A stretch of DNA of 64,000 nt from Candidatus Aminicenantia bacterium (GTDB taxonomy: Bacteria > Acidobacteriota > Aminicenantia > Aminicenantales > Saccharicenantaceae), in contig JBGOYY010000010.1 of the NCBI GenBank assembly GCA_041479905.1, positions 1,370-65,369 on the forward strand, written 5' to 3'. Every line of letters begins with the position of its first letter. The stretch's first letter is position 1. The notes below the pieces were generated by a model. It had not been told where the DNA came from and did not search any database. It worked only from the letters and a program-made list of their open reading frames with translations. Position numbers and translations under genes: made by a program. Below, piece after piece: positions 1-9,683 of this stretch.

Positions 1-229
1 GGCGTTGAACAGGATGGCGGGCGTCCCGATGTACCGGGCCATCCCCGGTTGGCGTTCCTATCTCGCCGCCGGCGGTGACGGGGAGATCGTCAAGAGGACC
101 CGCGAACGCCTGAAGACGGGGCGGCCGGCGGGGGATGCGGAGTTCGTGCGGAAGCTTGAAGAGATCGTGGGGCGAAGGCTTGGTGCGATGCCGAGAGGAA
201 GGCCGAGGAAGGCCGTGCCTGTGAGGTAA
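1..229 (+). CDS. C-terminal fragment, open at the left window edge, of a putative IS200/IS605-like (Y1, RAYT-type, COG1943-like) transposase
   Basis: The frame is open to position 2. The tail ...RERLKTGRPAGDAEFVRKLEEIVGRRLGAMPRGRPRKA resembles the characteristic C-terminal tail of COG1943-type transposases as I remember them. The segment is high-GC. Confidence 0.45.
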   Translation, partial: ALNRMAGVPMYRAIPGWRSYLAAGGDGEIVKRTRERLKTGRPAGDAEFVRKLEEIVGRRLGAMPRGRPRKAVPVR

Positions 230-235
230 GCTGAC

Positions 236-727
236 ATGAATTTCTTCCCCACTTCAATCCCAGAGGTTATTCGGGTCGAACCATGCGTGTTCGGTGACGC
301 ACAAGGATTCTTCATGGAGACTTATCGCGCCGATCAAATGGCCGCGGCGGGAATTCCAGCTCATTTTGTGCAGGACAACCATTCAGGGTCACAAATAATC
401 ATTCTTCGCGGCCTGCACTATCAGGTCCGCCAGCCGCAAGGGAAGCTCGTTAGAGCGGTGAGCGGGGAAGTATTCGATGTGGCGATAGATTTGCGCCGGA
501 GTTCGTCCGCTTTTGGCCGCTAGACAGGCGAAATCCTATCTGCCGACAACAAAATAATGCTCTGGATACCACCACGGTTTGCTCAGGGCTTCTATGTCCT
601 CAGTGATTGGGATGATGTTCTGTACAAAACCACGGAATATTATTCGCCGGAGTGGGAGCAGACGCTCCTCTGCAACAATCCGGCGGTCGTTATCCTCTGG
701 CCGATCTTGCCGGGCTTGGTGAGCTAA
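236..727 (+). pseudogene. rfbC: dTDP-4-dehydrorhamnose 3,5-epimerase (RmlC/RfbC) interrupted by an in-frame TAG
   Basis: Family-typical motifs are present: RGLHYQ, GKLVRAVSGEVFDVAIDLRRSS. A TAG at 521-523 sits where RmlC proteins normally have Trp (..FG[K/R]W..). The same frame continues as TGEILSADNKIMLWIPPRFAQGFYVLS... to a TAA at 725-727. Confidence 0.85.
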
Positions 728-764
728 TCCGCAAAAACTGGACAGGGGGCATAAGTGGATATTA

Positions 765-800
765 AGCCTGCCATATCTTAATAAGGAGATATGGCAGGCT
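765..800. terminator. Perfect 14-bp stem / 8-nt loop hairpin downstream of the rfbC remnant
   Basis: AGCCTGCCATATCT-taataagg-AGATATGGCAGGCT. No U-tract follows on the + strand. Confidence 0.3.
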
Positions 801-909
801 AACGAGCATGAAGAAGACGTACGATTTGAAAGGGACGCTGAAAAATCCTAAAAACCTGATTACGGTAAATATCTAAAGAAAATCCTATCATTAAAGAAGG
901 CATGTAATT

Positions 910-2205
910 ATGAGAGAGATTGACGCACTGATTGACCAACTTGTTAAAAAAGTTGGAATTCCAGAGTATGCATATAATTGCAAAGAGTTCGATTCAGAAA
1001 AAGATACTGTGTTCTACTCAGGTCCATATTGGGATGAGAATGAAGTAAAGGCTGGCGTCAAAGCCTTTCTCACTGGAAAGTGGCTGGTTTCTGGTGAAAA
1101 TGTTGCTAAGTTTCAATTGGTTTTTGGAAAGAAGTTTAATGTAAAACATTGTCACATGGTGAACTCGGGTTCATCAGCCAACCTCACTATGATCACAGCT
1201 CTAAAGAAGTGTTTTGGTTGGAAAGATGGTGATGATATCATTGTATCACCTGTCGGATTTCCAACAACAATTGCTCCAATTGCGCAAAATAATCTCCAGC
1301 CCAGATTTATCGATATTGAGATGAATACTCTCAATTTTGATGTCACGCAGATTGATAAGTGGATTACCTCAAGAACTAAAGCAATATTTGTATCACCAGT
1401 TCTTGGCAATCCGCCAGATATGGATGTTCTAAAGGATATTTGTGACCGACGCGGAATTCTGCTGATTGGTGATAACTGCGATAGCCTTGGAACGAAGTGG
1501 GATGGTAAGTTAATTACTGACTATTACTATTCTTGGACGACATCATTCTACCCAGCTCACCATATTACAACAGGTGAGGGTGGAATGGTGTGTTCAAACG
1601 ATGAGCAACTGATCAATGTTGCTCGTAGCGTTTCTTGGTGGGGTAGAGATTGCCGTTGTGTTGGCGCAGCAAATCTACTCGCTTGTGGAACCTGCGGAAA
1701 TCGTTTTGACAAGCGGCTCGAAGGATACAGTGGAATAATTGATCATAAGTATCTCTTCACAAACATGGGCTATAATCTAAAGCCGCTCGATCTTCAAGGT
1801 GCTATTGGGCTTGAGCAATTAAAGAAGATCGATGATATTGCCTCATTGCGCCGTCATAACTTTAAAGTGATCTCAGACTTAATTTATTTCTACATTGACG
1901 CCGTAAGGATTGCCACACGTCTAGAAAAAGCCGATCCTTCTTGGTTTGGTGTACCAATCATTACTGAAACAATAAAGTTAAAGGAGAGACTACAAGCTTT
2001 TTTTGAAGCTAATAGAATTCAAACCAGAAACTATTTTGCTGGAAACATTTTGCTACATCCTGGATACAAACACCTAGATGACGCATCAATGTTTAAGAAC
2101 GCAAATCTTGCGCTTTCAAACGTTTTCTTCGTTGGTTGCCCACCACACTATGGAGACGCGGTATTTGAATACTATCAGAATGTATTAAGAAAATGGGAAA
2201 ATTAA
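910..2205 (+). CDS. ddhC: CDP-6-deoxy-L-threo-D-glycero-4-hexulose 3-dehydrase (E1; DegT/DnrJ/EryC1 fold, RfbH/DdhC-like)
   Basis: 431 aa. Carries the VNSGSSANL motif and a Cys cluster, CRCVGAANLLACGTCGNRF, compatible with the E1 [2Fe-2S] site. Lies in an AT-rich block. Confidence 0.8.
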   Translation: MREIDALIDQLVKKVGIPEYAYNCKEFDSEKDTVFYSGPYWDENEVKAGVKAFLTGKWLVSGENVAKFQLVFGKKFNVKHCHMVNSGSSANLTMITALKKCFGWKDGDDIIVSPVGFPTTIAPIAQNNLQPRFIDIEMNTLNFDVTQIDKWITSRTKAIFVSPVLGNPPDMDVLKDICDRRGILLIGDNCDSLGTKWDGKLITDYYYSWTTSFYPAHHITTGEGGMVCSNDEQLINVARSVSWWGRDCRCVGAANLLACGTCGNRFDKRLEGYSGIIDHKYLFTNMGYNLKPLDLQGAIGLEQLKKIDDIASLRRHNFKVISDLIYFYIDAVRIATRLEKADPSWFGVPIITETIKLKERLQAFFEANRIQTRNYFAGNILLHPGYKHLDDASMFKNANLALSNVFFVGCPPHYGDAVFEYYQNVLRKWEN

Positions 2206-3035
2206 ACGTCTTTGGTGGAAAGGGATTTGTTGGTTCTGAGTTCTGTAAGAACAAGCAGAATCTAATAATTACCGAGAGAGAAGACTACAATGTCTACTCT
2301 GGAGATGTGCTCTATTTTATAAGCACTGTACACAACTATAATGTATACACAAATCCTCATCTTGATATTGACACAAATCTTACAACTTTAGTGAGCGTTT
2401 TAGAGAACTGGAGAAAGGTTCAACCAAGTGGCGTTTTTAACTTTATCAGTTCTTGGTTTGTCTATGGAAGAGAATGTTTTTTTGATGTAATCAGCGAGGG
2501 TATCAAGGAAGATGATATTTGTGATCCAAAGGGATTCTATTCAATTACAAAACGAGCCGCTGAGCAATTGCTAATCTCATATTGCGAAACCTATAATTTA
2601 CAATATAGAATTCTTAGACTAGCTAATGTTTTGGGGAAAGAAGATAAAAAAGTATCAGCGCAAAAGAACGCATTACAGCATCTAATCAACGAAATGAAGG
2701 AAAACAAGCCCATTAATCTATATGAAAATGGGCTATTTTTTAGGGATTATATTGATGTCTCTGATTGTGTAAAAGCAATAGAGTTAGTTCTAGAGAAAGG
2801 GAACCTAAACGAAATCTACAATATTGGTAACGGAATAGCACTGACTTTTAAGGATCTATTACTTTACGCTCATGAAAAAATGGAATCGAAGAGCACGATA
2901 AACAATATACCGCAAATGGTTTTCCATAAAAAAGTACAGGCGAAGTCCTTTTTTATGAATAATGAGAAGCTAAAATCATTAGGATATACACCCTCTAAAA
3001 CTATCTATCAGACAATAGACAACCTCTTAATATAA
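2193..3035 (+). CDS. Short-chain NAD(P)-dependent sugar epimerase/reductase, possibly a CDP-3,6-dideoxyhexose 4-reductase by context
   Basis: 280 aa. N-terminal GGKGFVGSE Rossmann motif and a YxxxK motif (YSITKRAAE). Overlaps the ddhC stop by 13 nt. The functional subtype is context inference only. Confidence 0.6.
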   Translation: MGKLNVFGGKGFVGSEFCKNKQNLIITEREDYNVYSGDVLYFISTVHNYNVYTNPHLDIDTNLTTLVSVLENWRKVQPSGVFNFISSWFVYGRECFFDVISEGIKEDDICDPKGFYSITKRAAEQLLISYCETYNLQYRILRLANVLGKEDKKVSAQKNALQHLINEMKENKPINLYENGLFFRDYIDVSDCVKAIELVLEKGNLNEIYNIGNGIALTFKDLLLYAHEKMESKSTINNIPQMVFHKKVQAKSFFMNNEKLKSLGYTPSKTIYQTIDNLLI

Positions 3036-3400
3036 AAAATAAATGAATTTCTCCTCATCCCCCAGCCATGCGGACGGGGAAACTGTCATTTTGGGACGCG
3101 GTCGGTCCTGGCGCAGGCCTCGTAGGCCATGGTTTAGCAAGGGCTGGCTTGAGATCGTCCTTCCTAGGGCCAATGGTGAAGCCGATTTATCGATGTCCAC
3201 GGCAAAAATGGCTTCAGGGCTTAAAAATGGATAAAATGGTCGCGAGAGGCAGGCCCTCAATCCACTTTCAGGAAGTCCCTTAGCTGTCCAACGAATGGGG
3301 AGGGCCTGCTCATGGGTTCATCGTTTCTACGAAAGACGCGTCAGAAGCTCGGCTGGAGGACGCGGAAGTCTACGGACAGGCCCTGGCGGTATTAGTTTAG

Positions 3401-4486
3401 ATGCGAAAAGTATTAGTCACAGGTGGAGCAGGCTTCATCGGCTCAAATTTCGTCCATTATCTTCAACGCGCCGAACCGGATGCGTTTATTGTCAACTTGG
3501 ATGCTCTTACTTATGCCGCTAATCTGGAAAACCTACGAAATTTGCCAGCTCCAAACCGCCACTGCTTTATCGAAGGGGATATCTGTAATCGTGAATTAGT
3601 GGATCGCATGCTGCATGAGCATGAGATCGACACGATTGTCCATTTTGCCGCGGAATCTCATGTCGACCGCTCTATTCATGCCCCCGGTAAGTTTGTCCAG
3701 ACGAATATCGTCGGAACGTTTATTTTGCTCGATGCCGCCCGCCAGGCCTGGCTGATGGATAAGTCCGTTCCAATCGAGCATGCGCGTTTTCATCATGTGT
3801 CCACCGATGAGGTTTTCGGTTCCCTCAGCCCTGGAGACGCTGCTTTCACGGAGGCAACGCCATACGCGCCGAATTCTCCTTATGCTGCTTCTAAAGCCTC
3901 GAGCGACCATCTCGTCCGTTCTTATTTTCATACCTACGGCCTGCCGGTTACGATCACCAATTGCTCGAATAACTATGGCCCTTACCAGTTTCCAGAGAAA
4001 TTGATCCCCTTAACCATTCTTAACGCGTTGAACGGCCTGCCGCAGCCTATTTATGGAGATGGAATGCAAGTGCGGGACTGGCTTTATGTTGAGGATCACT
4101 GCGAGGCGATTTGGCAAGTGGTTCGACGAGGCCGCCCAGGGGAAACATATAATATCGGCGGAAACAACCAGCCTCCCAATATCCAGGTGGTTATGGAGAT
4201 CTGCGCTATCCTCGATAATCTGGCGCCCGATTCTGGCCACGCCCCCCACGAACACTTATGCTGTTTCGTAGCAGATCGGCCGGGACATGACCGCCGGTAT
4301 GCGATGAACATTGAGAAAATTCGGCAAGAATTGGATTGGCACCCGAAAGAAGACTTGCATAGCGGCCTCCTAAAAACCGTGCATTGGTATCTGAACAATC
4401 CGGAATGGGTAAAGACAATTGCCGGCAGGCCTGAATATCAGGCTTGGCTGCAAAAGAATTATCAGGCAAGAGGGGCAAAAAAATGA
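3401..4486 (+). CDS. rfbB: dTDP-glucose 4,6-dehydratase
   Basis: 361 aa. Motifs [26 protein letters not shown] and [15 protein letters not shown]. The TGA overlaps the rfbA ATG (ATGA). Confidence 0.93.
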   Translation: MRKVLVTGGAGFIGSNFVHYLQRAEPDAFIVNLDALTYAANLENLRNLPAPNRHCFIEGDICNRELVDRMLHEHEIDTIVHFAAESHVDRSIHAPGKFVQTNIVGTFILLDAARQAWLMDKSVPIEHARFHHVSTDEVFGSLSPGDAAFTEATPYAPNSPYAASKASSDHLVRSYFHTYGLPVTITNCSNNYGPYQFPEKLIPLTILNALNGLPQPIYGDGMQVRDWLYVEDHCEAIWQVVRRGRPGETYNIGGNNQPPNIQVVMEICAILDNLAPDSGHAPHEHLCCFVADRPGHDRRYAMNIEKIRQELDWHPKEDLHSGLLKTVHWYLNNPEWVKTIAGRPEYQAWLQKNYQARGAKK

Positions 4487-5364
4487 AGGGAATCATCCTT
4501 GCAGGGGGGAGGGGAACCCGTCTCCATCCCCTGACAAAAGCGACTTCCAAGCAGCTTCTCCCCGTTTACAATAAACCGATGATTTATTACCCGCTTTCCA
4601 TTTTAATGCTGGCGGGAATCAGAGAGGTCCTCGTCATAAGCACGCCCGAAGACTTGCCACTCTTTAAGCGCCTGCTGGCAGATGGCAGTCAATGGGGCCT
4701 GCAATTCTCCTATGCGGAACAGGCAGAGCCGCGCGGCTTAGCCGATGCCTTCCTGGTAGGGGAGCGATTCATATCCGGTCAATCCTGCGCGCTGATCCTG
4801 GGAGACAATATTTTTTACGGCGCCGGCTTGCCCAAAATCCTGCGTCAAGCGGTGGCCCTCACCGAAGGGGCAGTAATATTTGCCTATCCGGTCAAAGATC
4901 CGGAGCGTTATGGGGTAATTGAGTTAGATTCGAAAGGAAGCGCAGTCTCGATTGAAGAAAAGCCCAATGCCCCTAGGTCGAATTATGTGATACCCGGGAT
5001 GTATTTCTACGATGATAAGGCCGTTAGTTACGCACGGCGACTTCAACCCTCCGATCGGGGTGAAATCGAAATTAGTGATTTGAATCGGTTTTACTTGACC
5101 GCTGGCAAGTTACGCGTGTCTTTTCTGGGGCGGGGAGTCGCTTGGCTGGATGCTGGAACCTATGAATCGCTCCTACAGGCAGCCAGTTTTGTCCAGACGG
5201 TTGAAGAGCGACAAGGTTTGATGATCTCATGCCCGGAAGAAATTGCCTATCAAATGGGTTACATTGACGCCCAACAATTGCGCGCTCAGGCTGAACCCAT
5301 GGCAGCCAATGGGTATGGTGCCTATCTTTTGAACCTGCTCAAAGCAACGGGTAAACAGGCCTAA
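4483..5364 (+). CDS. rfbA: Glucose-1-phosphate thymidylyltransferase
   Basis: [39 protein letters not shown]. The start was chosen at the internal ATG (4483) that overlaps the rfbB stop. Confidence 0.93.
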   Translation: MKGIILAGGRGTRLHPLTKATSKQLLPVYNKPMIYYPLSILMLAGIREVLVISTPEDLPLFKRLLADGSQWGLQFSYAEQAEPRGLADAFLVGERFISGQSCALILGDNIFYGAGLPKILRQAVALTEGAVIFAYPVKDPERYGVIELDSKGSAVSIEEKPNAPRSNYVIPGMYFYDDKAVSYARRLQPSDRGEIEISDLNRFYLTAGKLRVSFLGRGVAWLDAGTYESLLQAASFVQTVEERQGLMISCPEEIAYQMGYIDAQQLRAQAEPMAANGYGAYLLNLLKATGKQA

Positions 5365-5965
5365 TGAAGATCTTACTGTTTGGCAAGTATGGCCAGTTGG
5401 GGTGGGAGTTCCATCGGTCCCTACAAGGCTTGGGAAAAGTATTAGCATAAGATTATCCGGAAATTGATTTTACCGTTCCAACTTCGCTAAGGTGGCTTGT
5501 CGAAGATTTCGGGCCGCTGATAGAGTCATTAATGCTGTGGCCTATACGGAAGTGGATAAAGCAGAATCGAAGACCGGACAAGCGAATCTCATAAACGCGG
5601 AAGTGCCGGCCATCTTGGCCGAAATTATGACGCAACTTTTGGCCAAGGTTGGGCAGGCCCCTCTTCCCTGGCTGTCTGAACGCCGCGGGTTGTATCACCT
5701 TGCCGGCTGGGGTTTCACCAGTCGGCTGGAGTGGGCGAAAGGAATTTTGCAGAATGACCCTAACCAAACCCACCAAGTCGTCGAGAGAGTGCTTCCGGCG
5801 CGATGCGTAGAATTCCCAACCGCGGCAGTAAGACCTCTTTTTTCGGGGCTGGAAGGCGGGAAGTTCGAGCGAACTTTCGCGTTGCCCTTGGCGATCGCAG
5901 GAAAATCGGCAGTGATAAAAGATTGGCCTGGAACGAACATTGCCGAACGACATGAAAGTATTTAA
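5364..5965 (+). pseudogene. rfbD: dTDP-4-dehydrorhamnose reductase (RmlD/RfbD) remnant with a premature TAA plus a frame change
   Basis: The ATG at 5364 overlaps the rfbA TAA. Translation [28 protein letters not shown] then meets a TAA at 5448-5450. RmlD-like sequence resumes in another frame (5492-5965: INAVAYTEVDKAES...YHLAGWGFTSRLEWAKGI...). Confidence 0.8.
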
Positions 5966-6003
5966 AATATCGAATCGGGAATATCGCAGTTTCCAAGTGA
6001 TCC

Positions 6004-7110
6004 ATGTTTAATAATAGTTATCAAAATAAGACCGTTTTAGTTACCGGGCACACAGGCTTCAAGGGCTCCTGGCTCTCCATATGGTTAAGGGAATTAGGCG
6101 CCCACGTTGTGGGATTCTCTCTTGAACCGCCGAGCGATCCCAGCAACTTCATAGCGACTAGACTTAAAAAAAAGATTACCCACATACATGGAAATATTCG
6201 TGAGATTGACCAATTGTCCGCAGCTTTCCACGAGTACCAGCCTGAATTTGTCTTTCACCTTGCCGCCCAGCCCATCGTCCGCTTCTCCTATGACGAACCG
6301 AAATTGACCTTTGATACGAATGTTGGCGGTACGGTCAATGTCTTTGAGGCAGTCCGTAAAACCCCCAGCGTCAAAGTTCTGGTCAACATCACTAGCGACA
6401 AATGCTATGAAAACAAGGAATGGGTCTGGGGCTACCGGGAAAACGATCCGATGGGCGGTCACGACCCCTACAGCGCCTCCAAGGGGTGTGCGGAACTCGT
6501 TTTCAGCGCTTATCTGAAATCGTTCTTCTCTCAGAATGCCGCGCAAAACAGGGCTATCGGTGCCGCCTCCGCCAGGGCGGGCAACGTCATCGGCGGCGGC
6601 GACTGGGGTGCGGACCGCCTCGTTCCCGACTGCATCCGCGCCCTCAGTTGCGGGCAGAAAATCGGCATCCGCAGTCCCCATGCCGTCCGGCCCTGGCAGC
6701 ACGTCCTGGAGCCTCTTAGCGGCTATCTACAGCTCGGTGCACTTCTTTTGCAAGATCCACAAAAATACTCCGGTGCCTGGAACTTCGGACCAGATGACAG
6801 TAGTTATTTGACCGTTTCAAAAATGGCAGATAGGCTGATAAAATACTGGGGCGATGGTTCCTGGAATGACCTGTCCGATCCGCAGGCCCTTCACGAAACG
6901 AGCCTTCTCAAACTTAATTGTGAAAAAGCCCATGCCGAACTCAACTGGCGCAGCGCTCTCACCATCGACGAATGCTTACAGATGACGGCGGATTGGTATA
7001 AGAAATTCTACACAGATAGCCAGAAAGAAGACATATATCCATTCTGCGTGGGGCAAATCCGTAAATATGAAAAAAAGACAATAGCAAAGAGGCAGACAAC
7101 CCATGATTGA
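6004..7110 (+). CDS. ddhB: CDP-glucose 4,6-dehydratase
   Basis: 368 aa. Motifs KTVLVTGHTGFKGSWLSIWL and YSASKGCAELV. Confidence 0.9.
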   Translation: MFNNSYQNKTVLVTGHTGFKGSWLSIWLRELGAHVVGFSLEPPSDPSNFIATRLKKKITHIHGNIREIDQLSAAFHEYQPEFVFHLAAQPIVRFSYDEPKLTFDTNVGGTVNVFEAVRKTPSVKVLVNITSDKCYENKEWVWGYRENDPMGGHDPYSASKGCAELVFSAYLKSFFSQNAAQNRAIGAASARAGNVIGGGDWGADRLVPDCIRALSCGQKIGIRSPHAVRPWQHVLEPLSGYLQLGALLLQDPQKYSGAWNFGPDDSSYLTVSKMADRLIKYWGDGSWNDLSDPQALHETSLLKLNCEKAHAELNWRSALTIDECLQMTADWYKKFYTDSQKEDIYPFCVGQIRKYEKKTIAKRQTTHD

Positions 7111-7894
7111 AAACCTGAAAGTAGTCATCCTTTGCGGTGGTGTGGGGACGCGCCTTCGCGAGGAAACAGAGTTTCGACCTAAACCGATGGTTAATATCGG
7201 TTCACATCCCATCCTTTGGCACATCATGAAGTATTATTCGCAATTTGGATGCAAAGACTTTGTCCTTGCCCTCGGATATAAAGGCGAAACGATCAAGAAT
7301 TATTTCTGCCATTATGAACTCATGAACAATGACGTCACGATTGAACTGGGGCAACCTGAAAAAACCAGCATCCATTACGCCCACGAAGAAGCCGGCTGGA
7401 AGATCACTCTTGCCGATACAGGGGAGAAATCCCTCAAAGGCGCCCGCCTTAAGAAAGTGGAGAGATATATCACCGGCGATACATTCATGATGACCTATGG
7501 CGACGGCATCGCCGATATAGACATCAACCAACTGCTGGCCTTCCACAAAGCGCACGGGAAAATGGCGACCGTTACGGGGATCAATTCTGCCGCCCGCTTC
7601 GGTGAGCTTAAAATTGACGGTGATCGTGTAGAAACCTTCAGCGAGAAACCACAGAATGGAGATGGTCTCATCAATGGAGGCTTTTTCGTATTCAACCGTA
7701 AGATCTTAGATTTCCTGACAACGGATGATTTATGCGATCTTGAGATCGGCCCTTTGGAGCAAATTGCCAAAGAGGGGCAACTGATGGTGTACAAACACCG
7801 GGGATTCTGGGCTTGTATGGACACCCTGCGGGATATGGAATATCTCAATAAAATATGGAATGACGGCAAGGCCAAGTGGAAAATCTGGAAATAA
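7103..7894 (+). CDS. ddhA: Glucose-1-phosphate cytidylyltransferase
   Basis: 263 aa. VVILCGGVGTRLREETEFRPKPMVNIGSHPILWHIMKYY. Overlaps the ddhB stop by 8 nt. Confidence 0.9.
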   Translation: MIENLKVVILCGGVGTRLREETEFRPKPMVNIGSHPILWHIMKYYSQFGCKDFVLALGYKGETIKNYFCHYELMNNDVTIELGQPEKTSIHYAHEEAGWKITLADTGEKSLKGARLKKVERYITGDTFMMTYGDGIADIDINQLLAFHKAHGKMATVTGINSAARFGELKIDGDRVETFSEKPQNGDGLINGGFFVFNRKILDFLTTDDLCDLEIGPLEQIAKEGQLMVYKHRGFWACMDTLRDMEYLNKIWNDGKAKWKIWK

Positions 7895-8460
7895 AAAAGA
7901 AAAAGCGATTCGACTTCCATCCGACGCCGCTTGAGGGGCTTTGGGTTGTGCAGCGGAAGCCCGTCGAGGATCCGCGGGGCTTTTTCTGTCGCTTCTTTTG
8001 CGCCGAAGAATTCCTGGCAGCCGGGTTAAGAAAACCAATCGCACAGATCAACCATACCTATACCGTAAAAAAGGGGACCGTCCGCGGCCTGCATTTCCAA
8101 TATCCGCCGTATTCCGAAGGCAAGATTGTTAGTTGCCTTTGCGGTGAGGTTTACGATGTCGCCGTGGATATCCGAAAAGGGTCTCCCACATTCCTGCACT
8201 GGCACGGAGAAATTCTTTCCGCTAAGAACCAAAGAAGCCTCTTAATCCCCGAAGGCTTTGCTCACGGCTTCCAAACGCTGACAGAAAACTGTGAGTTACT
8301 TTACCTTCATTCCGAAACGTTTCATCCTCAGGCGGAAGGCGTACTGCATATTGCAGATCCAAGGATTGGAATCGTCTGGCCCATAGCGATGACGGAACTA
8401 TCGGAACGTGATCGCAGCCATCCGGTCATCGGCTCGGATTTTGCGGGGCTTTCCTTATGA
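7876..8460 (+). CDS. RmlC-like cupin NDP-4-keto-6-deoxyhexose 3,5- (or 3-/5-) epimerase
   Basis: 194 aa. Motifs RGLHFQ, GKIVSCLCGEVYDVAVDIRKGSPTF and PEGFAHGFQTL. Confidence 0.8.
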   Translation: MENLEIKKKKRFDFHPTPLEGLWVVQRKPVEDPRGFFCRFFCAEEFLAAGLRKPIAQINHTYTVKKGTVRGLHFQYPPYSEGKIVSCLCGEVYDVAVDIRKGSPTFLHWHGEILSAKNQRSLLIPEGFAHGFQTLTENCELLYLHSETFHPQAEGVLHIADPRIGIVWPIAMTELSERDRSHPVIGSDFAGLSL

Positions 8461-9683
8461 ACTGCCGCCACTGTCGCACGCCGTTGGAACATGTCTTTCT
8501 TGACCTTGGCTTTGCCCCGCCGTCCAACGCCTACCTGAAAGTGGAAGACCTTGCTAAACCGGAGCTTTACTTTCCCCTTAAGCTCTATGTCTGCGACCAC
8601 TGCTGGCTGGTTCAGACAGAAGACTACACCCGCGCCGATGAACTGTTCACCGGTGACTACGCCTATTTCTCCTCCATATCGCAGAGCTGGCTCGATCGCG
8701 CCGCCCGGTATGTGGAAAAAATAACGGAGCGGCTCGGCCTTTGCCCGGCAAGTTTTGTGATCGAGGTCGGCTCCAACGATGGATACCTGCTGAGAAACTT
8801 CGTGGCGGGAAACATCCCCTGCCTCGGCATCGAACCGACCGCGGGAACGGCCAAAGCAGCTGAGAAAATCGGCATTCCGGTTCTTCGCGAATTCTTCGGC
8901 GCGGCGCTGGCCAACCAGCTCAGGAGCGAGGGCAGACAGGCCGACCTCATCATCGGCAATAATGTCTATGCCCATGTACCCGACATCAACGACTTCACCG
9001 CCGGCCTGAAAACCGCGCTCAAACCTGGCGGCACGATTACCTTGGAATTTCCCCACCTGATGCGCCTCATCGAGCAGACCCAGTTCGATACGGTTTATCA
9101 CGAGCATTTTTCTTATTTCTCTCTTCACACGGTCAACCGCATCTTCGAGGCAGCTAGCCTACGGGTGTTCGATGTAGAAGAGCTGATCACCCACGGCGGC
9201 AGTCTGCGTGTGTATGGCTGCCATGCGGACGATCCTCGCCCCCAGATGACAGTGGTGCCGGCGCTCCTGGCTGAAGAAGAAAGGCAGGGGCTGAGAAAAT
9301 TGTCTACTTTCCGACATTTCCAGCGTCGGGCCGGTCGGGTAAAGGACGATCTACTGGAATTCTTGATAGAACAAAAGCGCTCCAGCAAGAAAGTAGCCGG
9401 CTACGGTGCCGCAGCCAAGGGGAACACCCTGCTCAACTACGCGGGAATCAAGCCCGACTTGCTACCGTATGTATGTGATGCCGCACCCTCCAAGCAAGGA
9501 AAATTCCTGCCCGGCAGCCATATTCCCATTTTGCCGCCTGTGGCCCTGAGGGAAAAAAAACCTGATATCGTACTGATTCTCCCCTGGAATATCGCTGACG
9601 AGGTCATTCAGCAATATGGCTATGTGCGGGAGTGGGGAGGGGCATTTATGGCGGCTGTGCCTGAGATGAGAAGAATAACATGA
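8457..9683 (+). CDS. NDP-hexose C-methyltransferase (TylCIII/EryBIII type): Zn-ribbon N-terminus, class I SAM domain, C-methyltransferase C-terminal domain
   Basis: 408 aa. N-terminus CRHCRTPLEHVFLDLGFAPPSNAYL, SAM motif VIEVGSNDGYLL, and C-terminal AGYGAAAKGNTLLNY...SKQGKFLPGSHIPI. Confidence 0.8.
   Translation: MNCRHCRTPLEHVFLDLGFAPPSNAYLKVEDLAKPELYFPLKLYVCDHCWLVQTEDYTRADELFTGDYAYFSSISQSWLDRAARYVEKITERLGLCPASFVIEVGSNDGYLLRNFVAGNIPCLGIEPTAGTAKAAEKIGIPVLREFFGAALANQLRSEGRQADLIIGNNVYAHVPDINDFTAGLKTALKPGGTITLEFPHLMRLIEQTQFDTVYHEHFSYFSLHTVNRIFEAASLRVFDVEELITHGGSLRVYGCHADDPRPQMTVVPALLAEEERQGLRKLSTFRHFQRRAGRVKDDLLEFLIEQKRSSKKVAGYGAAAKGNTLLNYAGIKPDLLPYVCDAAPSKQGKFLPGSHIPILPPVALREKKPDIVLILPWNIADEVIQQYGYVREWGGAFMAAVPEMRRIT

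Noticed and set aside
521-523. Possibility that the in-frame TAG in rfbC and the TGA at 11832-11834 are recoded (readthrough, Sec or Pyl)
   Set aside because: TAG and TGA are used as ordinary terminators by neighbouring intact genes, for example TAG at 27433-27435 and TGA at 4484-4486. No SECIS- or PYLIS-like context is evident. rfbD in the same operon is independently broken, so simple decay is the better explanation.
808-876. 22-codon mini-ORF (MKKTYDLKGTLKNPKNLITVNI) between the hairpin and ddhC
   Set aside because: There is no convincing RBS, it is too short to evaluate, and it may be a chance ORF in AT-rich spacer DNA.
3036-3400. Cluster of 63-77-aa ORFs in the ddhC-block / rfbB junction
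   Set aside because: They show no RBS, start context or recognisable motifs, and they overlap each other on both strands. I treat them as a non-coding recombination junction. A decayed gene fragment cannot be excluded without BLASTX.
8328-9128. 266-aa minus-strand ORF, and similar antisense ORFs at 33140-33799, 34283-35218, 36306-37154, 37284-37919, 42443-43213, 43449-44387, 44509-45624, 55953-57221 and 60250-61308
   Set aside because: Each lies opposite a CDS with clear family motifs. All have the skewed amino-acid composition typical of antisense frames in GC-rich DNA.
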